A stretch of 64,000 nt of DNA. Source: Eledone cirrhosa (lineage: Eukaryota). The DNA lies in the NCBI GenBank assembly GCA_964016885.1, contig OZ024745.1, positions 70,060,001 through 70,124,000 on the forward strand. Reading direction: 5' to 3'. Numbering within the stretch: position 1 is the stretch's first letter; each line of letters starts with the position of its first letter. Made by a program: the position numbers and the translations under genes. Positions 17,280 through 32,792 of the stretch are shown here, in pieces. Under the pieces are notes generated by a model. It made no database searches. It saw only the letters and a program-made list of their open reading frames with translations, and had not been told where the DNA came from.

Positions 17280-17378
17280 GTGGGCTTTAACATTGATGTA
17301 TCAGCATTCAGTATGCACAAACATAAATATGCATTCGTGCACATATTCCAAATTATGTATATAGAATATATATATATT

Positions 17379-17462
<84 letters not shown>

Positions 17463-17714
17463 TATATATATATAGGTAGATGTAGATGTATATGTCTGTG
17501 TCTGTGTATGGATTATGAGTGAGTACATAAACATGCATATATTTCCAGCTTAGTTTAATTCACTAGATTGTAGATATTGGAAATTAATGTGTATGTATAA
17601 GTTTTCTTAGTGAAAATAATCCTGAAACACATCATCCATAATCTCCATATAAATGTGTATGTCCCTGAATGAATTTTTAGACAGTTAGTATTATTTAATA
17701 AAGGACAATACTAC

Positions 17715-17769
<55 letters not shown>

Positions 17770-17855
17770 TTTATAAATATATTTATATCCATTCTTATAT
17801 ATCAACTGGTCTATTGGAAATATTGCTTAACAGCTGGCGTTCAATATCGGTACAG

Positions 17856-17957
<102 letters not shown>

Positions 17958-18459
17958 ATATATATATATGTATATGTATGTATCTATGTATATATGTAGA
18001 TGTATATATAGTCACTAATAGCATGAAGGTATGCATGTGTATTGGAGAAACAGCACATATATATGCTTGGTTACGTATAGAACGAATTTCCCGCCAGACT
18101 GCATTCGTTGAATTAACATGAATAGAGTCGCCTAATTTGGGGAAGTTGACTTGCTATCTAAGATTAAGAAACAGCATAGGTACTTATTGACAGGAAAGTT
18201 AGAAGGAAAACAACACACCTACCTTCCATGCTATGCATCATGGTATACAAATGGTGTTATTTCAACCAATCTATACATACAATATGTAAATGTGAACACG
18301 TGTTCTATAATGAATTGACAATTGAAAGATAATGGAGTAATTTGCTAAATTGCATTTAGTCAACACTTCACATGTTTCCTCCTTACTGAAATGTTATATA
18401 TAAAAGCATGAACATACACAATAGAAAATATATACATATAATCATACATCCACACACAT

Positions 18460-18547
<88 letters not shown>

Positions 18548-18598
18548 TCATATATATACATATATACACATATATATGCATTTATTACATATATATAT

Positions 18599-18730
<132 letters not shown>

Positions 18731-18778
18731 ATATATATACATATGTAAATATATATATATATATCTATGTATATTTAT

Positions 18779-18826
<48 letters not shown>

Positions 18827-18890
18827 TATGTGTATATTTATTATATGTATATATATTATATATTTTTTATATACATCATATAAATATATA

Positions 18891-18956
<66 letters not shown>

Positions 18957-19135
18957 GATATATGCACATATATAGTTAATGTGTGCATGTATGATGCATA
19001 TGGTTGTGTATTAATTTTATCTTTATTATCAACTGGCTTCAAACTGCAAATATAATCACCTAATGAATTAAGGGCTAATCTGTAGTGAATCTTTGTTTTT
19101 TACAGAATATTTCTAAAACAGAAACTGCCCCTTCT

Positions 19136-19174
<39 letters not shown>

Positions 19175-19288
19175 ATTTACATATACATAAAGTCATAGAT
19201 ATAAAGTCATTTATATGGTTAATTAGGCTAATTGGGAGAGGAAATGATATATATTTTATCTAATATTTCTAAGGACATGATTTATGAA

Positions 19289-19319
<31 letters not shown>

Positions 19320-19579
19320 CACACAAAGAGAAACATAGAGGGAGAGTGGGAGTGGGTGAGAAGCCTTCACCAGCTGGTGCTAATATGTTAGACTTGACCT
19401 GGGCACATTCTGCCCTGAAGCTCCCTACGTCTATAACTGTGTGTGGGTGTGTGTGAATGCTTGTCTGCGGATATGTGCTTGTAAATAGTTAGATAGGTGT
19501 ATAGAAATATAGTTACAAATATACATGCATCATACACATATATAAATATACATGTTTGTGTGTCTTCGTTATTCGCCTT

Positions 19580-19820
19580 ATTTCATCATCAAAGTCACCA
19601 GCACTACCATCAACGCCACCGCCTCTATCACCGCCACCACAACCATCAAAACCACCACCACCACCACCACCATCACAGTTGCCGTCCGCTATCACCACCG
19701 CTACCAGCACCACTCTCACCACCATCACCACTATCACCACCACCGTTATCATCGTCGCCTTCGTTGTCATCACCATCATCGTTGTTGCCATCATCATTAT
19801 CATCATCTCTATCATCAGCA
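19580..19820. repeat. (CAC/CAT)n degenerate trinucleotide repeat
   Basis: Seen directly. Confidence 0.9.
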
Positions 19821-20513
19821 TGATTGTTACAGGATGCACTACTGGCGCGTTTGATTTAATTATATCCGGATCATCCCCTAATACAACAAATGTGACAAGG
19901 ACATAACCAGATATTATCATCTTAGTAAACCTTATTCTAAATTTGAAAGTGGAAATAACAGCAATGGAGTTAACGTATTTTGTCTGAACAGTAAACGTAT
20001 GATGGACTTCCGTCGGTTCCGACGACGAGTGTTCCAGTTTTTCGGTCAACAGTACAGCTAGCCAGTGGACTTAAAATGCAAATGACTGAGACATCTACCA
20101 ACACGTGTACACTTAACGTAATTCTCTGAGAGATCAGGTGTGACATGATGTATGTCATTGTTGGGATTTGGAGGTACAAGTACCTCTCATAATTGACAGT
20201 AGTGTGGACTGGAGCATCTAGAAATATTTCACTAAATATGGAACAAATGGCATAACAGACTCTGTTTGCTACAATTTCCAGACACCGTCAGCCTCCACAA
20301 ACTTGATACGAATACATGGCACTCTCCTGCGAAAAAAGATAAAAAAATTAATTAGTGAAGCAAATCTCAGTGAGTTTGCATTTCATACATATGTGTATAG
20401 TCTTCTGTTTAATATAACCTTCCTTTTGAATAAAACACATCATCGTCATGTAAATGTGCAGCTAACCACAGCTGCTTGAATGCAGATATACACTTATATA
20501 TACATATGTATAT

Positions 20514-20544
<31 letters not shown>

Positions 20545-20649
20545 GTTTATCTATTTACATATATGTATACACATACATACATAGACAATAAAACACATAC
20601 ACATACACATGCACACACACACACATGCATACAAACATTATTACATACG

Positions 20650-20779
20650 TCCCTTTACGATCTGAGTTCAAATCCCGCCGAGGTTGACTTTGCTTTTCAT
20701 CCTTACGGGGTCGATAAAATAAAGTACCAGTAATGAACTGGGTGATTGCTGGCCTTGTGCCTAAAGTAGAAACAATTAT
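20650..20779 (+). mobile_element. Meta-domain tRNA SINE, 5'-truncated
   Basis: B box GAGTTCAAATCC followed by gactttgcttttcatccttacggggtcgataaaataaagtaccag; same family as 38221-38808. Confidence 0.8.
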
Positions 20780-20796
20780 TACATATATGTATATAT

Positions 20797-20868
<72 letters not shown>

Positions 20869-21625
20869 GAAATTATGGAATGTGCATCAAGATCCAGTTA
20901 TGAATAAATGTTTAGGAATTTTGATTCGCAATGGTAAGGTTCCTTGTTCGAGGTTATTTAGTGGAAACTTCGGCAACTCACTTTTACCATAACCTAGGTG
21001 CAAGCCAGACCTTAGAGTGAACTCTGTGGGAAGAAGCCTAATACATGAGTAATACACTTAAACAAGACATGTCACGTATTGTATTCGACTAATTCTCTCT
21101 GAGAATTACTTTCTGGGTACACGTGTCAGTTACATGTTAATCTGAGAGATGTCGATTGGAAAATTATATACTTGTTGACGAAACGAATGAAAAGAACTTC
21201 TATTATATATATATATGTGAGTGTGTGTGTGTGTTTGTATATATATTTATATATATATATATATATATATACAAACACACACACATACACTCACACACAT
21301 ACATATAGGTATTAATAATTACACGTTAATAGGATAGAACAGATTAATGATATATACACACATACCTATATACAGGGACACGCACACACACACACACATA
21401 CACACACACACATACACAGACACACACACAGACACACACGCACACATTATATATATATATATGAATATATACTGTGTATATATATATATATATATATCAT
21501 ATTTATACACAAGTTTATTTCCCACCAATATTTATATATTATATATATATATATATATTGCGTTTCGTTTCGCTTTTTCCACCAGCCGAAAAACGATTCT
21601 CGCTGAATTATATTTGTATATATAC

Positions 21626-21722
<97 letters not shown>

Positions 21723-22382
21723 AAGCCATACACTGTCATTCTAAATCTGGTTGAGAATTACGTTTAGGTGTCGTTTAGATCACTGGAATCTTCTGTCACT
21801 TGTACTTTAAATTCACAAGGTGGCTATTCCGTTTATTGAATAACTGGAATAATTATTGTCTAAATCGCCGGTGGTTCTATTTCATTTTAATATTCCCTAT
21901 GTTTCCTTAGTCAGCTGATTGACGAGCCTGCTCACTATTAACTTGTTCAATAAGCTGAAGTAATAATAAACAGCTGTATATTTTTTTATTTAATTTATTT
22001 TCTTTTTAGCAAAAATGAAATGGTCGCAGTCTAAATCTGTATTCACGCTATTTATAAATATAAGCGACAGAGAATTAATTTATATTATCAAAGGTTTTGG
22101 GGTTGCAATTTCTCAATGTATATACAAAATGTGAATCAAAATATAGGGCATGGAAAAATTAGTTAACCTTAGCCCAAAACTTGAAGCGAAATGGTTTGAT
22201 TAAGTTATTACCATGTTTTGTAATATATTTTCTTTAAAAAAAAACTAACAAATAAAATCAAGTTGGCCTAAGCTATATTGTTATGTTGGTCAGAAGATTT
22301 GGAGAGGGTGGGGATAATTGGGCTCCGTTTACTGCACACATTGGACATAATCTAATCTAGAATATATATGTATATATATGTG

Positions 22383-22415
<33 letters not shown>

Positions 22416-22421
22416 ATATAT

Positions 22422-22487
<66 letters not shown>

Positions 22488-22507
22488 CATACATACATGC
22501 ATACACA

Positions 22508-22556
<49 letters not shown>

Positions 22557-22772
22557 ATAAATAAATATATATATATATATATACAAATACAAACAAGGAT
22601 ACATATATATGTTGTGTGTGTCTGTATGTCAGTCGCTCACAACCTTTCTATCTGCGATGGTATTTTGCTATAGTTATCGTATGGTATATATATTTTCTAC
22701 ATTTCCACATATAATCTCATTGCAGTTATAATTATATAGAATATATCCATACATAAACTATTCTGCTTTTAT

Positions 22773-22827
<55 letters not shown>

Positions 22828-22874
22828 TCTATAAGTCTCTCTCTTTCTCTCTCTCTCTCTCACTCTCCCTCTCA

Positions 22875-22908
<34 letters not shown>

Positions 22909-23577
22909 ATATATATATGTGTATGTGTGTCTGTGTGTACATATATGGCGTTTTGTTTTAACATTCCATATTTCACGTGTTTTCACGTGAATGTTACGTA
23001 AACTGGCCATTCACCTTAAAAGTACAAATTCCACTTCTCTCTGTCTCTTGGGTGACTGTCGTAAATTTGCTGTAGGTTATATTTCCCATCAGTAAGCATC
23101 ACGACACACTTTCGCTTCCAAGGTATTGACATTTTACCTACTACATATCCTGATATCTACAGTATAAATAAATATATAACTGTTCAATATAGTATACTAC
23201 AACTCTTACTACCCCTACGCTAAAAAATCTAAAGCTATTCAACAATGAGAGAAATCTATATCACAAACTGTTCTAGATGTTACTATAGCTATCCATATAT
23301 CTATTGATTTGTGCTTTTCTGATTCTCATGCATGTGTGTAATACATTTTGTGTAGATTTTGACTGTCCGTCACACGATCGATATATGTGTTAGCACAAAC
23401 GAGTAGATACATACATTTATGTATGTGTTTGTGTGTGTTTGTGTTTGTGTGTCTGTGTATGTGTGTCTGTGTGTCTCTGTGTATGTGTGTGTGTGTGTGT
23501 GTGTGTGTCTGTGTGCGCGTATATTTACTTTTCCTATACTAGCCAAAACACATCAGCCAAATAAAATTTCAATGTAA

Positions 23578-23622
<45 letters not shown>

Positions 23623-23660
23623 TAGATACATATATATTCTTACAAACTTATATATATAAG

Positions 23661-23719
<59 letters not shown>

Positions 23720-23784
23720 ATCTATATACACACACATATATTTACACCATCACAGACACACACACACACACACACACATATATA

Positions 23785-23841
<57 letters not shown>

Positions 23842-24729
23842 CGCGCGTGTGTGTGTGTGTGAGAGAGAGAGAGAAAGAGAGAGAGAGCCTACGCGCGCGT
23901 TTGTGTATGTGTCGGGTAAGTGTATATGCATGCATTATGTATAATAATTTTCCTTCTAGGAAATCAGTGTTGCATATAATTCTCTGCTGGTGTGTTAAAG
24001 GTTATCGTTAGTTGAAAGATTTCCAAATCACTGTGAAGAAACACTTCTTAAAACACTAGATTTAGTCCTTACATAAATTGCTTGAAATAGCAGCTAAACC
24101 CATTTAGTTAGATAACTCTATGCCTTAAAACATTCATAAAACATGGATAATGACATATCAGATTGTCGTAAAACATTAAGATCATCAAAATGAAAATTAT
24201 GTGATGATTGTTGCTGTTCAATATATATATATATATATGTAAGTCAGTGTGTGTGTGTGTATGTGTGTGTGTGCGTTTGTACGTGGTGTGTGTATGCTTA
24301 CACATATATATATATGTGTGTGTGTGTTTGTGAGTGTGTGTGTGTGTGTCTGTGTATTCATGAACATATGTATTCATATGTAATTTCGTAATATATTTCA
24401 CAGTACATATATATATATAGTTTGGGTGATTTTTGTGTGTGTGGGTGTCAGGGTTTGGGTGAGAATGAATGTGTTTCTGTATATAGGTGTATGTATATAT
24501 ATATATATAAATGTTTTCCAATTCAAAGTGATTATATTCTTTAGAAAATAAGACCAAACTGAAAAGTAACTCAATAATTGATTATTAGAAAAATGAAACA
24601 CATTCAAATTGCAATATATGATTAGGGAAATAGCTAGTTAAATCTGTAATATTAATAGCATAAGTTAAAAGTACAACAAGAAGCAGAGAAAAAGTTCTAG
24701 AAAAGTTTCTTTTCTCTTTTGAATACCTT

Positions 24730-25110
24730 GGTTCTTAAGTTACTTTACTTCATCTTGTGTGGCGTTCTTTCTTCTTTATATCGTGAATGAACTATATTCT
24801 TTCTTGTATTCTCGCCCATGTTTTGATGAAGTTTTGTATTCATTCGTACCAGCTGTTGTTCCCATTGGCTTGAGTTGTGAAGTACACAACACCAAGCAAC
24901 TGATCTCTTGCCTTCTTTAATATTTCTCTCCGGTTACTTTCCTCTCTCTATCACTCTTTCTAAACAGTATCCTACGTAGTCGCAGTAGTGAAGCATCCTT
25001 GTTGCTAAGCTAAGGGAATCTTTTCAGCAATTTTCTCTTTAGATTATCTCTAAAAATCTTGCACTAATTCCTACTTTCTACGTTCATAATCGTTTTCTGT
25101 TTTTGGCAAT
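24730..25110 (-). mobile_element. Highly decayed RTE-like LINE 3' end
   Basis: Minus-strand reading LERVIERG/KVTGEKY*RRQEISCL resembles the RTE C-terminal GKVEGKR.RGRQR..WLD motif. Confidence 0.35.
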
Positions 25111-26939
25111 TTTACTTGTTTGCTTTGATTTCATTTGATGCATTCAGTTTCCAGATATAATTTGGTTATAATATTTCGCTAGCTGCTTATTTGCAGTATA
25201 GTACTGTAACCTTTTATATTATCACCATGCCATCTATATCATTTTCTTTATCTATAAATCTACCTTAATTATACTCTGCTGAGCCTAGTCAATCAACGTT
25301 AGCACCAGTGCTTTACACCTCTGTACTTAACCAACTGACGCTTTCTAAATAAGAGTACACATAGAAACATAGTCTAACCATGAGTTATAATCTGCAATCC
25401 ATTTTTTTTTTATTTTTGTCATATATACATTTTTTTTTCTTTGTGAGTGTGTGTATGTGTGTATGTGTGTATCAACGGAATTGTGCACTCCATTAAGATA
25501 TACTATATTACTTCTCCTTTTTCATATCAGCGACCTCACAATACTAACCTTGGTATAAGATGAAAATACACATCGTGAAATTAGTTATATCTTATATGGA
25601 AATATAAGAAACTCGATGATAACATACGTCTCTTAATTACACCATGTTTGACATCAATATATAAATCATTAAACGGACATTGAAATAACCTATCCATACA
25701 TTACACAACCATGGCACAATATGACACCATATAGCAACATATAACATAATATAATATAATTATATAACAGAGATTACTCGATATGAGAGAATATTTGATC
25801 ATCTCGTATATCATATTGCTGTAGAAATATAACGTTTTACTCATTACTTATTAACATGGTGTCAGTTCCAGTAACACAGCATGGAACCATGAGCAGGTGT
25901 ATGTTGCTATATACTTGTTATAACCAAAGTACGGTGGGGTGATATCATCAATTAACTTCATTGAAGATGGTGCCCAACGTGACCGTAGTCAAATGACTAA
26001 AGCAAATAAAAGACTAATAGGATGAAAAATAAGAATCGAATTACAATTTCCCTCTCAATAACAGTTCGGCTACTACATATATAGAGATACTAAAACACAG
26101 TAAAACATTAAACCTAGTAGAATTAGTAGAATTTCATATGAACAACAGACTACAACAGCATCGACTTCATTCTATTCAGAGAAAGACATATTCTCCAATA
26201 TCCATAGTTAGATAGTAGACATCATTCTTTAATATCATTATTAAACCATTGATCAAAGAATGTCAATGTTAATTCTGTTTACGAATTCGTTTCTAGATTC
26301 AATATAAAACAATATTTGATATTGTATACATAATATTGACCGGTATATAAATGTTCAGACCACGAAAGTTATAACAATGTGCATTGAGTTGTTCAATCAA
26401 ATGAATGTTTGTCTCTTTAAATTAACTTGTATCTTGTTGAGTAGTCCATATACGTGTTTACAATTAATGTGATGTAATTCCCAAGCCGAACCTACGTGGC
26501 ATAATCTACACCTTAAAATCTCAGATACAGTCCACCTGAGAGGTTACTACGATTTCCGCCAACCAAATATCACAAACAAGTCTTTGGTTTACCTGAGATT
26601 GATGTTTAGGCGATTTCCCAAAATAGCTTGGTGTAGGAACGAAGTCGGAACCACATGGCAGCGAAACGAGATTCATAACCCCTCGGTCATGCTTGCGTCC
26701 AGATCAGAGCTAAATTAAACACAAGGTCAACATTCTAATCATTCCTTTATCTTAATACGTTATAAATATGTTTATGCAATTACAATGAATGTTTTGTTTC
26801 ACAATGTCAGTGGTAAATGTCACATCTTAGTTTTTTTCTCTTTATATAAAGGTCATGATTAAAGATTTACTGGAAAAGATTACTTATGAAATGGATTGAA
26901 AAATGGGTCGTTGCTTGCAGTTTTTAGCTTCCATTATTT

Positions 26940-27036
26940 GTTAACTTTGCCTTTCATCCTTATGGGGTCGATAAAATAAAGTACCAGTAGTACACTGGGT
27001 GATTGCTGGCCTTGTGCCAAAAGTAGAAAGAATTAT
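26940..27036 (+). mobile_element. Meta-domain SINE 3' part
   Basis: aactttgcctttcatccttatggggtcgataaaataaagtaccag...ggccttgtgccaaaagtagaaa matches the family. Confidence 0.8.
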
Positions 27037-27567
27037 TTGATTTCATATAGGATCCAGGCAAATATTTCGGAAGTTTTGACATCAGGTTATATGCGAGAAA
27101 AATAGTTACTGACCCTTGTCATAAAGATTAGCCGTGCTACTGATTAAACAAACAGATGGACATTTCGTTTCCAAATATGTTCACGAATGTAAACGGAATG
27201 TGGAATAACCACCATACATATATAGTTATGTTAATAGGTGATGTATCTGGTATTCCAATAGCGATATTGTTTCACCGTTTTCTCCTACCGAATATATTAA
27301 ATTATAAAATATTCAATACCTTAAATATTAATATACGAACAAAATGGCGAATTTGTTTCAAGAAAATTGTTTTCTGTAGATAGAATGCTTAAGATTTAAC
27401 ACTATATATTTATAAGGAATACTATGAATTTCGAAACAAGATGTTTTGTTTACCTACATATGCGTCGAGTCCAATAATTCCCAAACAGAGGGATGAATCT
27501 TGCGTATCTATGAGAACATCAACTAAACATTTAGTTTGGTATATTGGTGTACAGAATACTAGGCCCC

Positions 27568-27692
27568 ACATTAAGCCCCAATGGTTCAACAATAGGATGT
27601 AATTCTACGTAATTCTTTATGTGATAGGCAGAAACCGTAGTGCTAAAGGCATACGCATACATATATACACACACATATATATATATACACAC

Positions 27693-27780
<88 letters not shown>

Positions 27781-27987
27781 GTGAGGTTTTTTTACAAAAT
27801 GAAAAAGAAACACCCCAAAAACCAGGTCTCCTACACGAGTGAAAGAATAAGGAAAAAAGATGAAATCGAAAATGCAACTGGAGTCTTTTTTTTTTATCTA
27901 TATTTATTTGCTTCCTTTACCGGTTTCGCAGTTCTTGTGCTTTTCAAAAGTAGAATTGAGATGGAGGGTTTGTGGTTTTTCTCACAT

Positions 27988-28043
<56 letters not shown>

Positions 28044-28046
28044 TTG

Positions 28047-28087
<41 letters not shown>

Positions 28088-28194
28088 ATGTGTGTATGTA
28101 TGTGTGCGTATGCGTTTAGCACTACAATTTCCGCCTATCAGATAAAGAATTACGTAGAATTACATCCTATCGTTGAACCATTGGGGCTTAATGT
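27568..28194. mobile_element. Inverted repeat pair (about 95 bp) with a nested hammerhead-bearing element at 27775-27990
   Basis: 27568-27662 is inverted at about 28100-28194. The nested copy matches 7035-7245 and has a hammerhead at 27915-27950 (-): ctt-TTGAAAA-gca..tgc-GAAACCGGTA-aag. Confidence 0.8.
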
Positions 28195-28734
28195 ATGTAT
28201 GTATGTATATTTGTAGTAACATTTTATCTATTATTCATGCGTTACCATTTTATCAGTAGAGGTAAGCACTTCTAAATTTTCAGAACGAATTTGATGAGTT
28301 AAACGTGTTTACAGTCTAAAGAATATAACTGTTAGACGTGTTTACAGTGTAATGTAAATATTTGTAAGGCTCACCTTATGCGATAATTGCTATTTCTATC
28401 CGTTTCTACTCTCATTTGAATATATAAGTGTATGCTGTCGATTTTATCGAGACAAGTACAATTTGAAAATAGTTTTACTGAAAATACGACGTATGAATGA
28501 TTAGGTTAATGCCATTTAGAGTTGAACTCACAAATTAGTATGTCAAACATAAATGCTGTAAAGCTCTTTCAGTGGTGCTGCATCGTTAATGTTTCGCAAA
28601 TTTCTTTCTCGATAGATAGTAGCGTGTTTCGCTAAATATCTCTAATTAATTTCATTCACTCAAACATTCACTGTAAATGCCCATACCAATTAAATATGAA
28701 CTTGTGAGGCCATTTGAATATAATCCGTTGTCTG

Positions 28735-28875
28735 TGGAAGTGTTTGGTGGTGTGGTTATGTTATTAGGCTCGCGATCGTAATCTCGTGCGTTCGATTCTC
28801 GGATGTGTTTCGTGTTACTGAGGAAGGCGTGTCATTTCAGGTTGTCTTATCCATTCAGGTGGAATAAAATGAATT
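28735..28875 (+). mobile_element. Degenerate tRNA-derived SINE
   Basis: A-box-like TGGTGGTGTGG and B box GTTCGATTC; body similar to the 44443 copy. Confidence 0.6.
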
Positions 28876-31800
28876 CAAATGAGCAGCTTTGCAACATCTT
28901 GTGCCATGCTGAATCTTTCTATGAATCACGTTCTGTGTACACATATCGTATACTCTCCCGTTTACTAATTAATTCAACGATAAATGTTCCATTCAATTAA
29001 TTAATTTTATGTGAAGGTTTCTGTATTCGTGAGGAAACATTGTTTAAATTAGCAAAGATTTACAAGAACATCGAGCATTCCTCTGAATATCATCATTCAA
29101 ATATTGTATACCCTGCTGTAGTTGGCAGTATGTAGATTTTCATACTAATTATGTTAGAACAACCGAAAGTTATATAACATACAAACATTTTCCTCTCAAT
29201 AAAATCGCATGATATTCATTAGCATGACATACTTTGAAGCTTTAGGATTTCCAACACCCTTACTTTCCCACATGTTTCTATTAGTTGCTTTCCAACGTTA
29301 TCTCGACTAAAATCAATGAAACGTCTGATCAATATATCCAAGTAATTGGACAGTAATTCAGTTTTCTTTCTCCTCTAATTAATTTCATTGAATCTTAGTC
29401 GACAGCAAGTTATTACTAACTTTTGACATGCAGCTATTAATAAAATAAGATTTCACCTTAAATTGCTTTTTAAATCATTGTACATATCAGTGGGTATGCT
29501 ACATTTATAGATTAATTAATTTCCTTTTGAAAAATAAATATCTCTATTATAATCTCGCACACTCATTAGATGATGTCTTAATTTATCTTCTCGTTCAGTG
29601 AGATTACACAATCCCCTCCATTTTAGACAACCGTATATTTACTCTTCCAAAGACCACCTGAAAAACGGATTGTAATATTCAGAGACTTCGAAGCCCAAAT
29701 ATTCAAATATTATATTTTTGGTCGTTATATTTGCCTATTTATTTCCATCTTCCAATATCAGTAGGAAAGTGCATCCAACCCTTTATCTAGGCTCTAATAG
29801 TCGGTGGAGCAGATAGGACAAGAGAAATTTCCCTACAAGGTGTACCTTGACGCTTAACTTGAAATATTGCGTACATTTCACATTTAACCCGGGATTATTA
29901 GCAGATATGTACGGATTCCTACACAACGTATAACTTCATGTGTAACTTGAAATGATGCCTTCATTTCACATCTGAACTGGGTTTATTTATAGAATACCAC
30001 GGGTATTCTTACAACATGTGACTAAATTTAGATGAATTCAAAGTATATATTACATGTTTGGCATCACTGAGGCATTACAATATTACTAGCAATACGTTTC
30101 CACTGAAATTTGCACAACTGATAGTTTGCTATAACTCAATAATATATCGAAATAATGTTTGGCACACATGCAAAACAAGAAATTTCTATATTAATGTATC
30201 ATAAACATTTGAAACATATTTCAATCTATATAATCTAATAATATGGATGTCACGAGTGCCTCTTCATTGTATACTACATTCAATGATTCGTGCCAATAAG
30301 GAACTTACGATGAGGTTAATTGACATACTAACATATTCCTTTAAATCATATCTTATATTTGTGATATACAAAATACACACTGGTTAATGGAGTCCTCGTT
30401 AAACAAAAGGGGAGATAGTCATGTATGGAATACCTTTTATTATTTACTTGCTTATATCAGATTGAACCGGCGTAAAATACCATCAACAATGTATGAACAT
30501 TTTTAAATAGCAAAAAAACAATATCTAACCTCAAATATTTCTGGTGGGGGTTAATGTTGATCTCACGACTACGATCACACATATTCAATTTTTTTTAATC
30601 TGCCTCTTCGTGAAATTAAGGTGGAGGTAAATGCGTCCACGTTGATGATTATTCTCTGAAATCTTCAACGTGACACCGTGTGACAACACTTACTTTTAAA
30701 TTAAAAACGGATTCCAGTCAATGATCTTCCCGCACCTATTTCACCCACTTGGTTTGAGTCGACTTATGCGGAACAGCACCCAGGATTGTGAAGCAAACAT
30801 CTTAAACATTTCACCATATCGCATCAATCATGCTGCATTCACTTCCACAATAATAGGTTTTATTGTTAATAGGCAGCTGATTCAATGGTTTATAGCACTC
30901 CCCAACAAACATTTCACATTATGTATATTAATATCTTTAACCAATAAACCTCTCTAAAACTTCCAATGCGTAGCATGAAATCATTTAATAGAAGAAAAGT
31001 CAAAATATTGAAATACTACTATGAAGAAAGTATGAACGCCCCAAATTAAATTGCATATGGATTGTTTTGTGTTGATAAATTGTGAACATAAATTACTGTA
31101 ATAGACTAGAAAACTCACTAACTGTTACAAATACGTTTATAAAGGAAAAGGACCACAAGTCCATTTGATGCATTTATATATTATTATATACGGTATTAAT
31201 TTCTATTACATTTGTTGCATGTTTGGGGAATTGGTAGAGCGTCGGATAAAATACCATTGCATTATTTGTTCTGGCTCTTTGCATTTTACTTTGTTGTAGG
31301 TTAGTGTAAGAATATGTATTGTTGTCTGCCTACTCCAAATATTATAAATATAATATTTATTGGGAAATATATACATTTTTCAGATTGTTTCTTTGTGCTA
31401 TATTCAACGCATCATATAAATCAATAGGCATTCTAGCTTGGCCTGGTTTAGTTTTAGTGATGTTTTCTTCTTTAAATGAGTCTTTGTGAACTATACGTTT
31501 GGTGTGAATACTAGAGAAAGCTCAGATTAGAAGTATAAACAAATGACTGAGAGAAAGTACCTCAGAGAAGTCTGAGCAATACAAAATACATATAGAATAA
31601 CGGTCTGGTATATGTAGAATGATGAACTGGAATATTTCGACTTTCGGAGATTTCACATGGAATAAGTAGTAAAACTTCTTCAATGAGTATGTTTAAAATC
31701 TAATAACCAAAAGCAATATATGTAATACCACGATTATCAGTTGTGCAGATTTTGGACCATAAAAATCTCTGTAGAATTTTTTTCAGAACCAATTATTAAA

Positions 31801-32077
31801 AGTAAAGAACATATTTCAATCGTATTATAACTTAGACGAGATTTCAAGTCAATAGGCACGAGATTTCACGTAAGTAGGCACGAATAAATGATTTGGATAG
31901 ATTCATGTTGCTTCCACTTTCACGGCGTAACGGAAAATGACAACTGCACATAGTGCATGCCAACGTCAATACTTATATATGCGCGAATGCGCAACCTTCA
32001 ACATTTCCGGAAAACTCTATCAAAACACCTATTGTGAAAAACAGCGTATCTTTATGTTCAATCCAATATATATATAT

Positions 32078-32216
<139 letters not shown>

Positions 32217-32263
32217 CATGTATTAAAATATTTTACCAAACAATATTAATTATATCATAATTT

Positions 32264-32303
32264 AATTTACAATTGTTTCATCCTCTTGTGTCTCATCGGA
32301 ATC
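32264..32303 (-). ncRNA. Degenerate minimal hammerhead
   Basis: gatt-CCGATGA-gacacaagaggat-GAAAC-AATT-GTA-aatt (U4 changed to C, stem II broken). Confidence 0.45.
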
Positions 32304-32365
32304 AATTATTATATGTATATCTATATGTATATATATAAATATGTATATATATAAATATATATATA

Positions 32366-32441
<76 letters not shown>

Positions 32442-32471
32442 CATATCAATAGTTATGACCTCATCATTCTA

Positions 32472-32530
32472 GCTGCCTGATGGGGTCATAACTATTGAAT
32501 TATGATTATCACCGAAATATATATTGCAGC
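32472..32530 (+). ncRNA. Type I hammerhead with a short upstream inverted duplication
   Basis: gctgc-CTGATGG-ggt..acc-GAAAT-ATAT-ATT-gcagc, then AATAAA. The inverted copy at 32446-32466 preserves the canonical TGATGA. Confidence 0.65.
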
Positions 32531-32792
32531 GAACATCGAATATAAATAAATGAAGTTAATTTTAACCAGTTGACTTACACTTTTAAATCACTCCGGAGGA
32601 AACAGACTCACCTGCACACTTCGTTGAGTGATCTAACCTGCATACTAAAGTGTCGGTAAGCATCCTAGACAAACTCTAATTTTTATCTATATATTTATAT
32701 ATATAGGTACGTTATTCCGGGTTGAATCGGAGGTAACGACAGTAAGTAAGGTACTCAATACATAGCAGAGTATAAAAGTTTTAATATAGATG

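Noticed and set aside
21560-21606. Hammerhead-like motif in a short repeat also seen at about 50384-50430
   Set aside because: The core is not conserved between the two copies; more likely a transposon-end fragment.
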